DNA of 49,035 nucleotides, taken from the IMG/VR virus record IMGVR_UViG_3300005253_000043, positions 1-49,035 of that record, one strand, 5' to 3'. The stretch's first letter is position 1, and each line of letters begins with the position of its first letter. Below the pieces are notes generated by a model, which made no database searches, was not told where the DNA came from, and saw only the letters and a list, made by a program, of their open reading frames with translations. The DNA is from a virus. Its lineage: Duplodnaviria > Caudoviricetes. Below, piece by piece: positions 29,413 through 38,543 of the stretch. The translations under genes and the position numbers were made by a program.

Positions 29413-29622
29413 AATGACTGACGAGATCAAAGAGGGACTCGATAAAGGCGAGGAATTTTACCAGCTAATGTTACTTAGTGAAGCCAAAGTCAAAGCCCGG
29501 ACCGAGGCTTATAACAGATTAGTGTTGCTTGGAGATGATGAATAGTGGGAAAAACGCATATTCAGTTAGCCCCTGACAACAGCGGCAACGACTCCCTGCG
29601 TCTTTTCTTTTGAAAGGAAACG

Positions 29623-29808
29623 ATGGACGTTGAAGAAACCAAGCAGTTGGCGACAGATATCAATAGTGCAATGCAAATCCATGCCAATGAGCGGTACAAA
29701 GAAGGCATGAGAGAGGGATTAAGGATGTATGCTTGGTGGAAAGACGGCGTTCAGTATGTAGGCACTTGTGGAAAAACATTAAAAGAGGCTTTAGCGGAAA
29801 TAGAATGA
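29623..29808 (+). CDS. Small phage protein
   Basis: YAWWKDGVQYVGTCG motif; GAAAGGA RBS. Confidence 0.6.
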   Translation: MDVEETKQLATDINSAMQIHANERYKEGMREGLRMYAWWKDGVQYVGTCGKTLKEALAEIE

Positions 29809-30413
29809 AAATTTATGATTGTATCCAGAACTCCGAAGAATGGTATCAAGTCAGGCTTGGTAAAGTCACCGCTTCCTGTTTCAGCAAGGCTATAGCCGGC
29901 GGACAGGGCAAGACCCGAAAAACGTACATGATACAGCTAATCGCCGAACGTCTCACACAGAGCGAGCAGGAGGGCTTCTCGAGCGCCGTGATGGTCAGGG
30001 GGCAGGAGATCGAGCCTTATGCCAGAGAATACTATGAACTACTCAATGACGTTTCTATCCGAGAAGTGGGGTTTGTCGAGCGCAATGAGAATATCGGCGC
30101 AAGTCCTGACGGGTTTATCGGCGAAGATGGCCTTATCGAGATTAAATGCCCCTTGTCAACAACCCATATCGCGACAATCCTTGCCGACAAAGTACCGACC
30201 ACACATAAACCACAAATTCAAGGTCAATTATGGGTCTGTGAGCGGGAATGGTGTGATTTCGTGAGTTACGATCCCCGTGTCCGGCAAAGGCCGTTTTTCT
30301 GTGAGAGGGTTTACCGAGACGAGGATTATATCAAAGAACTGCATATCAAGATACAGATGTTTATAGACGAAATGAACCAAATGATGCAAATTTTAACTAA
30401 ACCAGTGTTTTAA
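29805..30413 (+). CDS. YqaJ / lambda-exonuclease family recombinase
   Basis: QNSEEW..RLGKVTAS, GASPDG, LIEIKCP, QIQGQL, DFVSYDPR. Confidence 0.93.
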   Translation: MKIYDCIQNSEEWYQVRLGKVTASCFSKAIAGGQGKTRKTYMIQLIAERLTQSEQEGFSSAVMVRGQEIEPYAREYYELLNDVSIREVGFVERNENIGASPDGFIGEDGLIEIKCPLSTTHIATILADKVPTTHKPQIQGQLWVCEREWCDFVSYDPRVRQRPFFCERVYRDEDYIKELHIKIQMFIDEMNQMMQILTKPVF

Positions 30414-30424
30414 GGAGAACAAAG

Positions 30425-31237
30425 ATGACTGAACAAATGAGTTTAGCGGTATTCGACCCTATCAAAGCAATGTTAGCGGAATTACAGAAAAAAGACTTTT
30501 CGCTTGTATTCGACCATACCACCCCAGAGGGGGAAAAAGACTTGCGTTCGTGGGTCAAGCGGATACGAGGCTATAAGGGCGATATTGCTCGGATGCACAA
30601 AGACGTAAAGGCTGGAGCGCTTTCTTTTGGCCGACAGGTTGATGCGATAAAGAACGAACTGACAACGGGGGCGGATGCGATTATCACCGAAAGAATGAAA
30701 CCCCTTGACGAAATCGAAGCCAAGAAACGCGCCGATGCAGAAGCTATCGTTGAAGCTGAACGGGTTGCGGCGGAGAAAAAAGAGGCTGAAGAGTTAGCCG
30801 AACTCAAACGCCGGGAGGAAGAAGTCGCTAAAAAGGAAGCCGTGATTCAGGAAAAAGAACGTATCGAGCGGGAAAAGCGCATCGCTGCCGAAGCCGCCGA
30901 AAAAGCCCGCAAAGAAGCCGAAGCAAAAGCGGAGCGTGAAAAACAGGCTATTATAGATGCTGCCGCTAAAGAAATAGCTGATGCAGAGGCCAAAGTAAAG
31001 GCAGATGCAGAAGAAAAAGAACAGATTCGTCTCGCCGATGAAGCCACAGCAAGACTTGAAAAACAACGGACAGAGCAAGCCGAAAAGCGGCGTATTGAGA
31101 ACAAAGCTCACCGGCAAGAGATCGAGATAAAAGTCGCACAACACCTCGACCTTATCGTACAGAACGGACAAATTACAAGCGCTATTATTGATGCGATCCG
31201 TGATGACAAAATCCCTAATGTAACAATCAATTACTAA
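30425..31237 (+). CDS. Coiled-coil protein of the recombination module
   Basis: E/A/K/R-rich; ends IPNVTINY. Confidence 0.7.
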   Translation: MTEQMSLAVFDPIKAMLAELQKKDFSLVFDHTTPEGEKDLRSWVKRIRGYKGDIARMHKDVKAGALSFGRQVDAIKNELTTGADAIITERMKPLDEIEAKKRADAEAIVEAERVAAEKKEAEELAELKRREEEVAKKEAVIQEKERIEREKRIAAEAAEKARKEAEAKAEREKQAIIDAAAKEIADAEAKVKADAEEKEQIRLADEATARLEKQRTEQAEKRRIENKAHRQEIEIKVAQHLDLIVQNGQITSAIIDAIRDDKIPNVTINY

Positions 31238-31247
31238 GGATAAGAAA

Positions 31248-32243
31248 ATGACCGAAAAAAACCAAATACAAAAAACAGAACCTCAAGCTGAATCGCCCCT
31301 TGCAGCAGCAGCGATGTTACTACAAAAAGCTGATGGCAAGATTGACGTAGGGCAACTGGAAGCCTTACTCAAAGTTCAGATGCAGTACGAAGCCAATGAA
31401 GCAAAAAAGGCCTATGTTGTAGCGATGGCGGCATTCAAGGCTGACCCCCCCGAAATCCTCAAGGACAAGACGGTGAGCTATAAGGACGTAAGATATAGCC
31501 ACGCCGGCCTCCACAACGTAACAACCCAGATAAACAAGGCTCTCAGCGAACACGGACTGACGGCTTCGTGGGTAACAAGTCAAACCAATGGGGCGGTCAT
31601 GGTAACCTGCAAGATTACCCACATACAGGGCCATTCTGAGGAAACGAGCTTGGCCGCTCCACCGGATGCTACAGGTAGCAAAAACGCTATACAGGCTATT
31701 GGCAGCACAGTAACTTACCTGCAAAGGTACACCCTTTTGGCCTTGACCGGACTTGCAGCCTACGATCAGGACGATGACGGCAAAGGTGCTGACCCACCGC
31801 CCGGAGTCCCGAAACCCAACGAGCAGGAACAGGAAATAATCGACTCAATTTGTGTAAGGCTCCCCGTTGTCGAGGGCAAACTAATCAACAGCCGAAAAGT
31901 CGCTGCGATTATATACGCCCAGAATCGAGCGTATCCGTCTAAGGAATCGAGCATTGACCCCGCTGTGGAATGGTTTATGAAAAAAGATAGACCCGAAATG
32001 TATATGCCCGACAATCGCAGTCAGTTTGAAAAAGATAATAATATGCCCGGTGATGCGGATAGTGTACCAGATGAAGCAACCAAAGAAGCCGAGCAAACTG
32101 CAAAGGAAAAATTCGGGAAAGAGACAGAACAGGCTGAGTGCCGGTATATCTGTAATAGTTGCGATCGTGAATTTGACTTATTGAACAAAACCGGTCTTTG
32201 CCCTTCTTGTTTCAGCAATGACACAACAGATCGACGGGCTTGA
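31248..32243 (+). CDS. erf: ERF-family ssDNA-annealing protein with C-terminal Zn ribbon
   Basis: QAIGSTVTYLQRYTL..LTGL...DDDG. Confidence 0.9.
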   Translation: MTEKNQIQKTEPQAESPLAAAAMLLQKADGKIDVGQLEALLKVQMQYEANEAKKAYVVAMAAFKADPPEILKDKTVSYKDVRYSHAGLHNVTTQINKALSEHGLTASWVTSQTNGAVMVTCKITHIQGHSEETSLAAPPDATGSKNAIQAIGSTVTYLQRYTLLALTGLAAYDQDDDGKGADPPPGVPKPNEQEQEIIDSICVRLPVVEGKLINSRKVAAIIYAQNRAYPSKESSIDPAVEWFMKKDRPEMYMPDNRSQFEKDNNMPGDADSVPDEATKEAEQTAKEKFGKETEQAECRYICNSCDREFDLLNKTGLCPSCFSNDTTDRRA

Positions 32244-32244
32244 T

Positions 32245-32487
32245 ATGAAGATGAAAGAAATGACTGAAAGAAGATTAGAAGTCCTACTAATGATATTTTC
32301 ATTTAGAGAGACGTTCTTGTTTTCGCCCAGTTACAAACAAATCGCAAAAACCTGTAAAATGTCAAGAACGACCGCTTTTGGCCATGTTAGCAACCTAATG
32401 GAAACGGGTTATATTATAAAAACCGAGAGGGGCTTCAAGGGTTTATATCTTACTACCAAAGCTAAGAATTTAATCCGACAGGAGTAA
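32245..32487 (+). CDS. LexA-N-like winged-helix regulator
   Basis: SPSYKQIA...SRTTAFGHVSNL...GYI. Confidence 0.7.
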   Translation: MKMKEMTERRLEVLLMIFSFRETFLFSPSYKQIAKTCKMSRTTAFGHVSNLMETGYIIKTERGFKGLYLTTKAKNLIRQE

Positions 32488-32488
32488 A

Positions 32489-32902
32489 ATGCCAACACAT
32501 CAGATAATTGACGTTATCAACGGACAGCCTACTTTCGAGAAGAAGCTGGACGAGATATTCCTTGACTGCAAAAAAGGCGGTGCAATAAAGATACTCTCCC
32601 CGCTGGACTATCATACAGATCAACAGAGAAAATGGTATCGGGGCGTATGCCTAAAAGGACTATCAGACTGGAACGGCAATACACCGGGCGAGTGGGATTT
32701 AGTACTCAAGGCTTTGTGTAGTGGCAGTGAATTGCTCAAAAAGGAAGATGTATTACTGCCTGATAGAGAAACTTGTATCCGCCTGACTATCGTAGGTGTC
32801 GGCAAGAAGAATATGACTGCTTTTATCGAAAATATTTTAAGCAAGGCGATTGAAATGGACTGGCCGGTTACTCCCCCAGACCCAGAATTGAGGAAAACAT
32901 GA
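32489..32902 (+). CDS. NinB/Orf-like protein
   Basis: TDQQRKWYRGV and MTAFIE motifs; position after the recombinase. Confidence 0.45.
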   Translation: MPTHQIIDVINGQPTFEKKLDEIFLDCKKGGAIKILSPLDYHTDQQRKWYRGVCLKGLSDWNGNTPGEWDLVLKALCSGSELLKKEDVLLPDRETCIRLTIVGVGKKNMTAFIENILSKAIEMDWPVTPPDPELRKT

Positions 32903-33004
32903 AACATAAACTAATAATTGGAATTTGGCCGCGGTGGCTTTGTCATGGATGGCGACAAGGGGCAAGGATGCCCATATTTGCACACCCAATTTTGGAGAAC
33001 GAAA

Positions 33005-33250
33005 ATGAAAGATTGGCAAGTTGTAGTATTGTGTTTCGTATTTGGACTTATAGGTATAGCTTTTATGATGAATTATGCCCATACTTGCAAAGTAATGCCC
33101 GTGGCCGACCGGCAGAGAGTATTCTACAAGCTGGGCTACCTTGATTACGACGACATTGATGGTGTGTGCGGACCAAAGACACACTTTGCTCAGAGGTTGT
33201 ACGAGCACGATTGGGAAGCCGTTAAGAGATGGAAAGCGGAGCAAGAATGA
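33005..33250 (+). CDS. Membrane-anchored peptidoglycan-binding-like mini-protein
   Basis: TM helix followed by LGY....IDGVCGPKT. Confidence 0.6.
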   Translation: MKDWQVVVLCFVFGLIGIAFMMNYAHTCKVMPVADRQRVFYKLGYLDYDDIDGVCGPKTHFAQRLYEHDWEAVKRWKAEQE

Positions 33251-33393
33251 AACAGAGCCATATTTGGCAAGAAATAGTAGATTCTCAATGTCCTTATTGT
33301 CGGTACATGAACAAGGATTGGGACCAAGGCGAAGGGGATATAATCAGATGCGATAATTGTGGTAAGGACTATGAACTTGGAGAACAGAAATGA
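33247..33393 (+). CDS. 48-aa zinc-ribbon protein
   Basis: CPYC...CDNCG; ATGA overlap. Confidence 0.55.
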   Translation: MKQSHIWQEIVDSQCPYCRYMNKDWDQGEGDIIRCDNCGKDYELGEQK

Positions 33394-33536
33394 ACCCCAT
33401 CCGAATCTTAGCTTGGTTAGCGTCAATTCTTATCCTATTGAATATCGGATGTCGGTTTGTCATATTGTTTTGTGAATGGCGGTTTTGATGAATATGACTG
33501 ATACTGAAATTATTTTCGCAGTACGTCATTTTTTTC

Positions 33537-33688
33537 TTGACAAACCGGGCAAAAGGTGAATAATGAGCAACATGGTAGAGTTTAATACAGTACAATTCAA
33601 TGTGATTTTATCCCCGATGGCAGACTTGCCTTTACCCTCTGTATTGGATTCTACCTGTCTGCTTTCGGGGGTTTTTTGTCATGGATGA
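33537..33688 (+). promoter_or_regulatory. Promoter plus leader ORF / attenuator element 2 of the replication operon
   Basis: TTGACA-16-AATAAT; interleaved helices; 38-aa ORF at 33572-33688. Confidence 0.7.
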
Positions 33689-34466
33689 AAAAATGAACAA
33701 GCGACCGAGTTTGCAGTTTTACCCTGCCGACTGGCTAAAAGCGGTAGATTTACAGATGTGTAGCATGAATACAATAGGTGTGTGGATTAACATTTTGTGT
33801 CGAATGTGGGAAGCGGAAGAGGAAGGGATTTTAAGCGGAACTACTAAGGAATTAGCCCTCTTAGTAGGCGCAACACCGACAGAATTTAGGCAATTTTTAA
33901 AAGACGCTGAAACACATTTGTTCGCCGATGTTACAAAAAGTTGCACCATTGTTACAATCAAGTGTAGGCGTATGAATAAGGTGTTTTTGGGGCGTGAGGG
34001 GTCAAAAGTGCGTATGCAAAAACATCGGTTACAGCAAAGTTGCAACCCTTCTTCTACTTCATCTTCTTCTTCAACTACAAATAATAATATATATAGTCAA
34101 TTTGTGGACTTCTGGAACTCAAAAGAAAATCTACCAAAGATAAAACGGTTCACCCCCAGACGGCTTATCAAATTGAAAGCTCGAATGAAAGAAGAATATT
34201 TTGTCGATAATTGGCGGATGATCATTGAAAGAATATCTATTACGCCGTTTTTAACCGGTGACAACGACAGGGGATGGAAGGCTGATGTCACTTGGATTTT
34301 AGAAAACAGCGATAATTATACAAAAGTTATGGAAGGCAAATATGATGGACGAAAAAACATTACAAATCAAAAACAAACAATTGGAAGCCCGCAGGCCGGA
34401 AGCCGTTCAGTCAATCGGCGAGATTTTGCCCAAGATTCCGATATTGGCACAACCATCGAAGTGTGA
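33681..34466 (+). CDS. Replication initiator (lambda O-like / YdaU-type N-terminus)
   Basis: RPSLQFYPADWL N-terminus; Ser-run linker; C-terminal GWKADVTW...KVMEGKY; upstream of the loader. Confidence 0.8.
   Translation: MDEKMNKRPSLQFYPADWLKAVDLQMCSMNTIGVWINILCRMWEAEEEGILSGTTKELALLVGATPTEFRQFLKDAETHLFADVTKSCTIVTIKCRRMNKVFLGREGSKVRMQKHRLQQSCNPSSTSSSSSTTNNNIYSQFVDFWNSKENLPKIKRFTPRRLIKLKARMKEEYFVDNWRMIIERISITPFLTGDNDRGWKADVTWILENSDNYTKVMEGKYDGRKNITNQKQTIGSPQAGSRSVNRRDFAQDSDIGTTIEV
33930..34097. other. Putative replication origin (iterons plus AT-rich tract)
   Basis: GTTRCA at 33930, 33940, 33951, 34028 and 34039, followed by a CTT-rich run and an AT-rich tract. Confidence 0.6.
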
Positions 34467-35106
34467 AAGATGCGGGGATCGATTTCGGTCTGGTGACAAA
34501 AAGTGGTGTCAGATTTGCATTAACGCCTATCGGATTGAGAACGCGGGTAATTTGCGAGAGTTGCTTAAAGCGGGGATTCCCGATATGTATAAAAACGCAA
34601 GATTGCAGGACTTAGATACTGGCTTGCAGAAAATATACACCGAGCTCCCTGACTGGCAAGGGTTGTATCTCTGGGGGCTTGAGGGCAGGGGTAAGACTTA
34701 TGCGATGTTCGCTTTTATTGTCGCTTATATCTATACAGGGTTTACGACCAGTTTTGTAAATTACGATGGACTGTGTTCGCGGATTCGCAGTACATATCAA
34801 GCGGGAGCAAAAGAGACCGAATTTGATATTATAAAACACCTGTACCAACCGGACAAACTTTTCATTGACGATGTTGGAGTAACGGTATCGAACCAGAATC
34901 AAGAGAGTGACTTTAGCTTGAGGATTTTCTATGCGATAATTGACAAGCGAATGATAAATTTAAAGCCGACCTATATCACCACGAACAAGCCGATTGAAGA
35001 TATGGCAAAATCGTTTGACAAAAGAATATCGAGTAGACTACGGCAATGTTGTAAAATCGTACAGTTAAAGGGTAAAGACAAAAGGTTGAACACCGAAATA
35101 GAATGA
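34342..35106 (+). CDS. DnaC/IstB-like helicase loader ATPase
   Basis: GLEGRGKT Walker A; LFIDDVG Walker B; TTN; RISSRL. Confidence 0.88.
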   Translation: MMDEKTLQIKNKQLEARRPEAVQSIGEILPKIPILAQPSKCERCGDRFRSGDKKWCQICINAYRIENAGNLRELLKAGIPDMYKNARLQDLDTGLQKIYTELPDWQGLYLWGLEGRGKTYAMFAFIVAYIYTGFTTSFVNYDGLCSRIRSTYQAGAKETEFDIIKHLYQPDKLFIDDVGVTVSNQNQESDFSLRIFYAIIDKRMINLKPTYITTNKPIEDMAKSFDKRISSRLRQCCKIVQLKGKDKRLNTEIE

Positions 35107-35119
35107 AAGCGAGGCAAAA

Positions 35120-35386
35120 GTGGCCGATTCACAAAGACCATATCGGGGTAGAAGGTTGGATACAAATGAATGGGTGTATGGGTATTTACGAAGAACCCCA
35201 CGTATCGCAGCGGAAATTTATAGTCGTGATCTTGGTGGAACTTTTGAAGTCCACCCTGACAGTGTAAAAATAAAGGTTCGTGGTCAGTGGTTCAGTGAAA
35301 AAGAATTATCGGATATTGTGAAAAAAGGCCTTGTACCTGTTTGTAGAAAATATCATACGGAATTACATAAAAAGATAGTGGTATGA
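35120..35386 (+). CDS. YopX-like protein (short)
   Basis: YRGRRLDTNEWVYG...EVHPDSV. Confidence 0.6.
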   Translation: MADSQRPYRGRRLDTNEWVYGYLRRTPRIAAEIYSRDLGGTFEVHPDSVKIKVRGQWFSEKELSDIVKKGLVPVCRKYHTELHKKIVV

Positions 35387-35513
35387 GCATAGAGGAGAAC
35401 CAATGAAAAATTACGAAGCCTGGTTAAAACTGAACAAAGTTGAGATCAAACTTGACGAAGCCAAGAGCAAAAATAAGCGAACTGGAATATAGGCTTAAAA
35501 AAGGAGAATAAGA

Positions 35514-35792
35514 ATGGCAAGACAATATACGCTTCAAGAAGTAAGAAATCTAATTAAGAATGATAGCGATTTTCTCGGTGAACTCGATGAAATTAATCAG
35601 GCCATCCGTAGTTTTGCAATTTCAATGCGGGATGAAATGTTCGATCATGCTGCCGATGGCGGTGGGTGGCGACTTCAAGATGATGAAAACGAAGAACACT
35701 TCAATGAAGAACTATTGCTACATATCAAAAAAGGCAAATTTATTGGAGCCGCAAATTTCTGTATGATGCTGAATCGATACCCAGGAGAATAA
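35514..35792 (+). CDS. Phage hypothetical protein
   Basis: FAISM...GW...AANFCMML pattern; AAGGAG RBS. Confidence 0.6.
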   Translation: MARQYTLQEVRNLIKNDSDFLGELDEINQAIRSFAISMRDEMFDHAADGGGWRLQDDENEEHFNEELLLHIKKGKFIGAANFCMMLNRYPGE

Positions 35793-35793
35793 G

Positions 35794-36182
35794 ATGGCAA
35801 CGGAACAAGAAAAAAACCGAGCTTGCGAAAATGAATATGACGGAGTAGAGAAGATGGAACTTGTCGGGGAAATTCTTGACCTCCGCACCAAGCTGGCAGA
35901 GGCGAATGAACGAATAAAAAACGCATGCAAACAAATTGCGACAATCATGTTGAGTACCAAGCCGACCTCACGGCTAAAGACGAGGGACTTATGGACAAAA
36001 ACATAGAATGGGCTGTTGAGGTCAAAAAGTTAATTAAAGAATCTCAGGCCAAAGACAAACGCATTAAATCACTTAAGGGGGCGTTGGAGAAACTTAAAAA
36101 GGAAATCGAGAAACCTTACAAAAATCCTATACCAGAAAGTCTTCGCCATGTAAGGCGTGGTGGTGGAATAAGAACAAGATAG
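35794..36182 (+). CDS. Coiled-coil protein split by a -1 frameshift; paralogue of 36422-36823
   Basis: Shared DNA blocks fall in two different frames; A_AAA_AAC at 35916-35922. Confidence 0.6.
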
Positions 36183-36200
36183 TTTTGAAGGAGAACCAAA

Positions 36201-36425
36201 ATGAAGTTTAAAAATTGGTGGGATGCAATGGCAGTGCCGTACTGTCTAATATTCGGTCATAGATGGCAGCGATTTGGATACCCTTGTAAAGATGACGATA
36301 CTGAAAAAGATGATACCCAAATATTCCAATGTCATCGGTGCTGGGCGATGCCCCGTGTCAAACACAATGGGATGTTGCCGAGATTTGTATTGCCTATTCA
36401 CTGGACAAAAAAGGAGAATAAATGA
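36201..36425 (+). CDS. Small protein with CLIFGHRW motif
   Basis: C..FGH.W...C..C pattern (DUF1660-like); AAGGAG RBS. Confidence 0.55.
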   Translation: MKFKNWWDAMAVPYCLIFGHRWQRFGYPCKDDDTEKDDTQIFQCHRCWAMPRVKHNGMLPRFVLPIHWTKKENK

Positions 36426-36823
36426 GCGAAAACTGTGCGGCAACCTCAGAAAAGAAACTTATGGACTTTTTAATGGACGCTACTGAAGCCAAGTCTGAGG
36501 CCGAATGGTTTGCAAGTAGAATCATCGCCGACCTCCGCACTAAGCTGGCAGAGGCAGAGAAGAAGAATGAAGCATTTAGGAAAGATATATCAAATCACAA
36601 CTATATTATTGGACAAAGAGACAAACTCCAAGCCGACCTCACCGCCAGCAAGAAAAGAATTTACACTGAAGAAGCAATGTCTGCAATGCAACATGAACGG
36701 GACGCCTTTTGTAAACAAAATTTAGAGAATTGTAAGGCCAAAGACAAACGCATAGCAGAACTTGAGGGACAAGTCGCAGATTTAGTTGAGGACTTGCTCA
36801 AGCTGAAAGGAGAAACCAAATGA
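36422..36823 (+). CDS. Coiled-coil hypothetical protein
   Basis: AAGGAG RBS; heptad pattern. Confidence 0.65.
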   Translation: MSENCAATSEKKLMDFLMDATEAKSEAEWFASRIIADLRTKLAEAEKKNEAFRKDISNHNYIIGQRDKLQADLTASKKRIYTEEAMSAMQHERDAFCKQNLENCKAKDKRIAELEGQVADLVEDLLKLKGETK

Positions 36824-36921
36824 ATCCTAAATGCTGGCGATTTATCTGGGGGTGGATTATAATACTGATGTTTATTGCAGCTTTTGTGTTTGTGTTTACA
36901 GTATAAAATAGGAGAATAACC

Positions 36922-37539
36922 ATGTTAAAAGTACATAATTGGCAAGATATAGGCTTACAAAGCCTTGACATTATACTCTGTGAGGGTACTCATAAATTAA
37001 GCCGACGAATACAGAAGTTCCAGAAATTCACTGGTGCGCCGAAAGAAGCGGCCAAGATAAGCCATGTAGCCAATATCTCAGGCCATAACAGCTTATTAGT
37101 GCAGGAATCAACCTCAATCGGCTTCGATGGACAAAATGGCTGCCAGGAGCACGAGGTTGGCCTGTGGCTTGAGCATTATCCAGGGCGTGTTTGGGTACGT
37201 AAATTAGATTTCGAGCGCACAACGGCTTTCTACAGGGATGACTGGGCATTTTGGCAGGTACACAAAGACGAACCTTACGAACACGGGATTGCGGGCGGGC
37301 TTGAACTGCTTTTGTGCGGCCTGAGATGGCATTTATACATCCGTGAGTTTTTCCCTAACTATCGACCGCCGGCTACGAAAAACCCGCATTGTGGCGAATT
37401 GGGCGCAAAACGCATCCATGAACATCAGCTCTGGAACTGTAAAATATTCTCGAACCGGATGCCGCCCTGGATTTGGGTTTCAGAAATTGATAAATGGCTG
37501 AAAGTACCAATAAGTGAACCGATACTGATAAAAGGCTAA
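36922..37539 (+). CDS. Permuted papain-like NlpC/P60 (YiiX/YebB-like) hydrolase
   Basis: DIILC...ISHVA...VQES...PY...HCGEL, with His before Cys. Confidence 0.65.
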   Translation: MLKVHNWQDIGLQSLDIILCEGTHKLSRRIQKFQKFTGAPKEAAKISHVANISGHNSLLVQESTSIGFDGQNGCQEHEVGLWLEHYPGRVWVRKLDFERTTAFYRDDWAFWQVHKDEPYEHGIAGGLELLLCGLRWHLYIREFFPNYRPPATKNPHCGELGAKRIHEHQLWNCKIFSNRMPPWIWVSEIDKWLKVPISEPILIKG

Positions 37540-37569
37540 AATGACATTACCTATTGCAGGGAGTTAATT

Positions 37570-37935
37570 ATGAAAAAATTAAAATCTTTAAGTGAATTAC
37601 GGGAACACTTACGAAAGGGTGTCTCGCAAGGTTATATAGACACAATGCACACCTATTCTCACGACAACAGCATTATGACTGGATGGGCCGAGTTAAGATT
37701 TGTAGTTGTTGGTTCTTTGGAGAGGGGCGTAAGGTGTTGTGCGAGAAGCAATAAAGAAGATGACGAAACCGAAATTACCCTTATAAGAAAACCGCCGGAA
37801 CCACCGGGCGGGCTTACTCAAAAGAATTGGGACGAGGTGATTCCTAAATGCGCAGCTTGGCTCGAAAAAAAGGGTTTATATATCGACCGAAAAGTAATTA
37901 CTGACGAAACACCCATTTTCTTGAATATGATGTAA
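37570..37935 (+). CDS. Hypothetical protein
   Basis: GGGAG RBS. Confidence 0.55.
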   Translation: MKKLKSLSELREHLRKGVSQGYIDTMHTYSHDNSIMTGWAELRFVVVGSLERGVRCCARSNKEDDETEITLIRKPPEPPGGLTQKNWDEVIPKCAAWLEKKGLYIDRKVITDETPIFLNMM

Positions 37936-37964
37936 TTCAGGACTTTATACGGACTATTTGAACA

Positions 37965-38021
37965 ATGAGTAAATACGGCGCCCAACGCGTAACCCGTGAA
38001 GTCGGCGGGAAAAAGACTTGA
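37965..38021 (+). pseudogene. Truncated N-terminus of a DUF1064-like gene
   Basis: MSKYGAQRVTREVGGKKT then stop at the promoter of the HNH-AP2 gene. Confidence 0.45.
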
Positions 38022-38046
38022 CAAATAATATCGAATAGATTAAAAT
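38018..38046 (+). promoter_or_regulatory. Sigma70 promoter of the HNH-AP2 gene
   Basis: TTGACA-17-TAAAAT. Confidence 0.75.
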
Positions 38047-38054
38047 ATAATACA

Positions 38055-38543
38055 ATGAAAATACCGCTCACACAAAACAAATTCGCAGCAATTGATGATA
38101 ATGATTTTGAAAAAGTCTCGCAAATTAAGTGGCAATATTGCTTAGTTGGAAAAAAAAGGGACCGAGAGTGCGCAATGTTTAGGGGCAATATAAACGGCAA
38201 AAAAACAACGATTATCATGTCTCGGTTTATAATGAATGCACCAAAGGGGAAGGTTGTCGATCACAAAAACGGAAATTGCCTTGATAATAGGCGTAACAAT
38301 CTGCGAATATGCACTAATCAACAAAACATTTTCAATCAAAAGCCTCGGCGAATACCAAATATGTCCAGTGAACACAAGGGCGTATCTTGGCTTGAGCGGC
38401 TAAGAAAGTGGAGAGCATACATATCTCCAAACGGAAAACAAATCAATCTTGGTCTTTTTCTTGATGAATCCAAGGCCGCTATGGCTTATAATCAAGCCGC
38501 AATAGAACATTTTGGCGAATATGCACGGTTGAACAATGTCTAA
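38055..38543 (+). CDS. HNH-AP2 homing endonuclease
   Basis: VDHKNGNCLDNRRNNLR; KGVSW...WRAYI...LGLF...AAMAYN...FGEYARLN. Confidence 0.92.
   Translation: MKIPLTQNKFAAIDDNDFEKVSQIKWQYCLVGKKRDRECAMFRGNINGKKTTIIMSRFIMNAPKGKVVDHKNGNCLDNRRNNLRICTNQQNIFNQKPRRIPNMSSEHKGVSWLERLRKWRAYISPNGKQINLGLFLDESKAAMAYNQAAIEHFGEYARLNNV

Noticed and set aside
29538-29622. Fourth leader/attenuator element
   Set aside because: A terminator-like stem is present, but there is no clear competing helix and the ORF stops early
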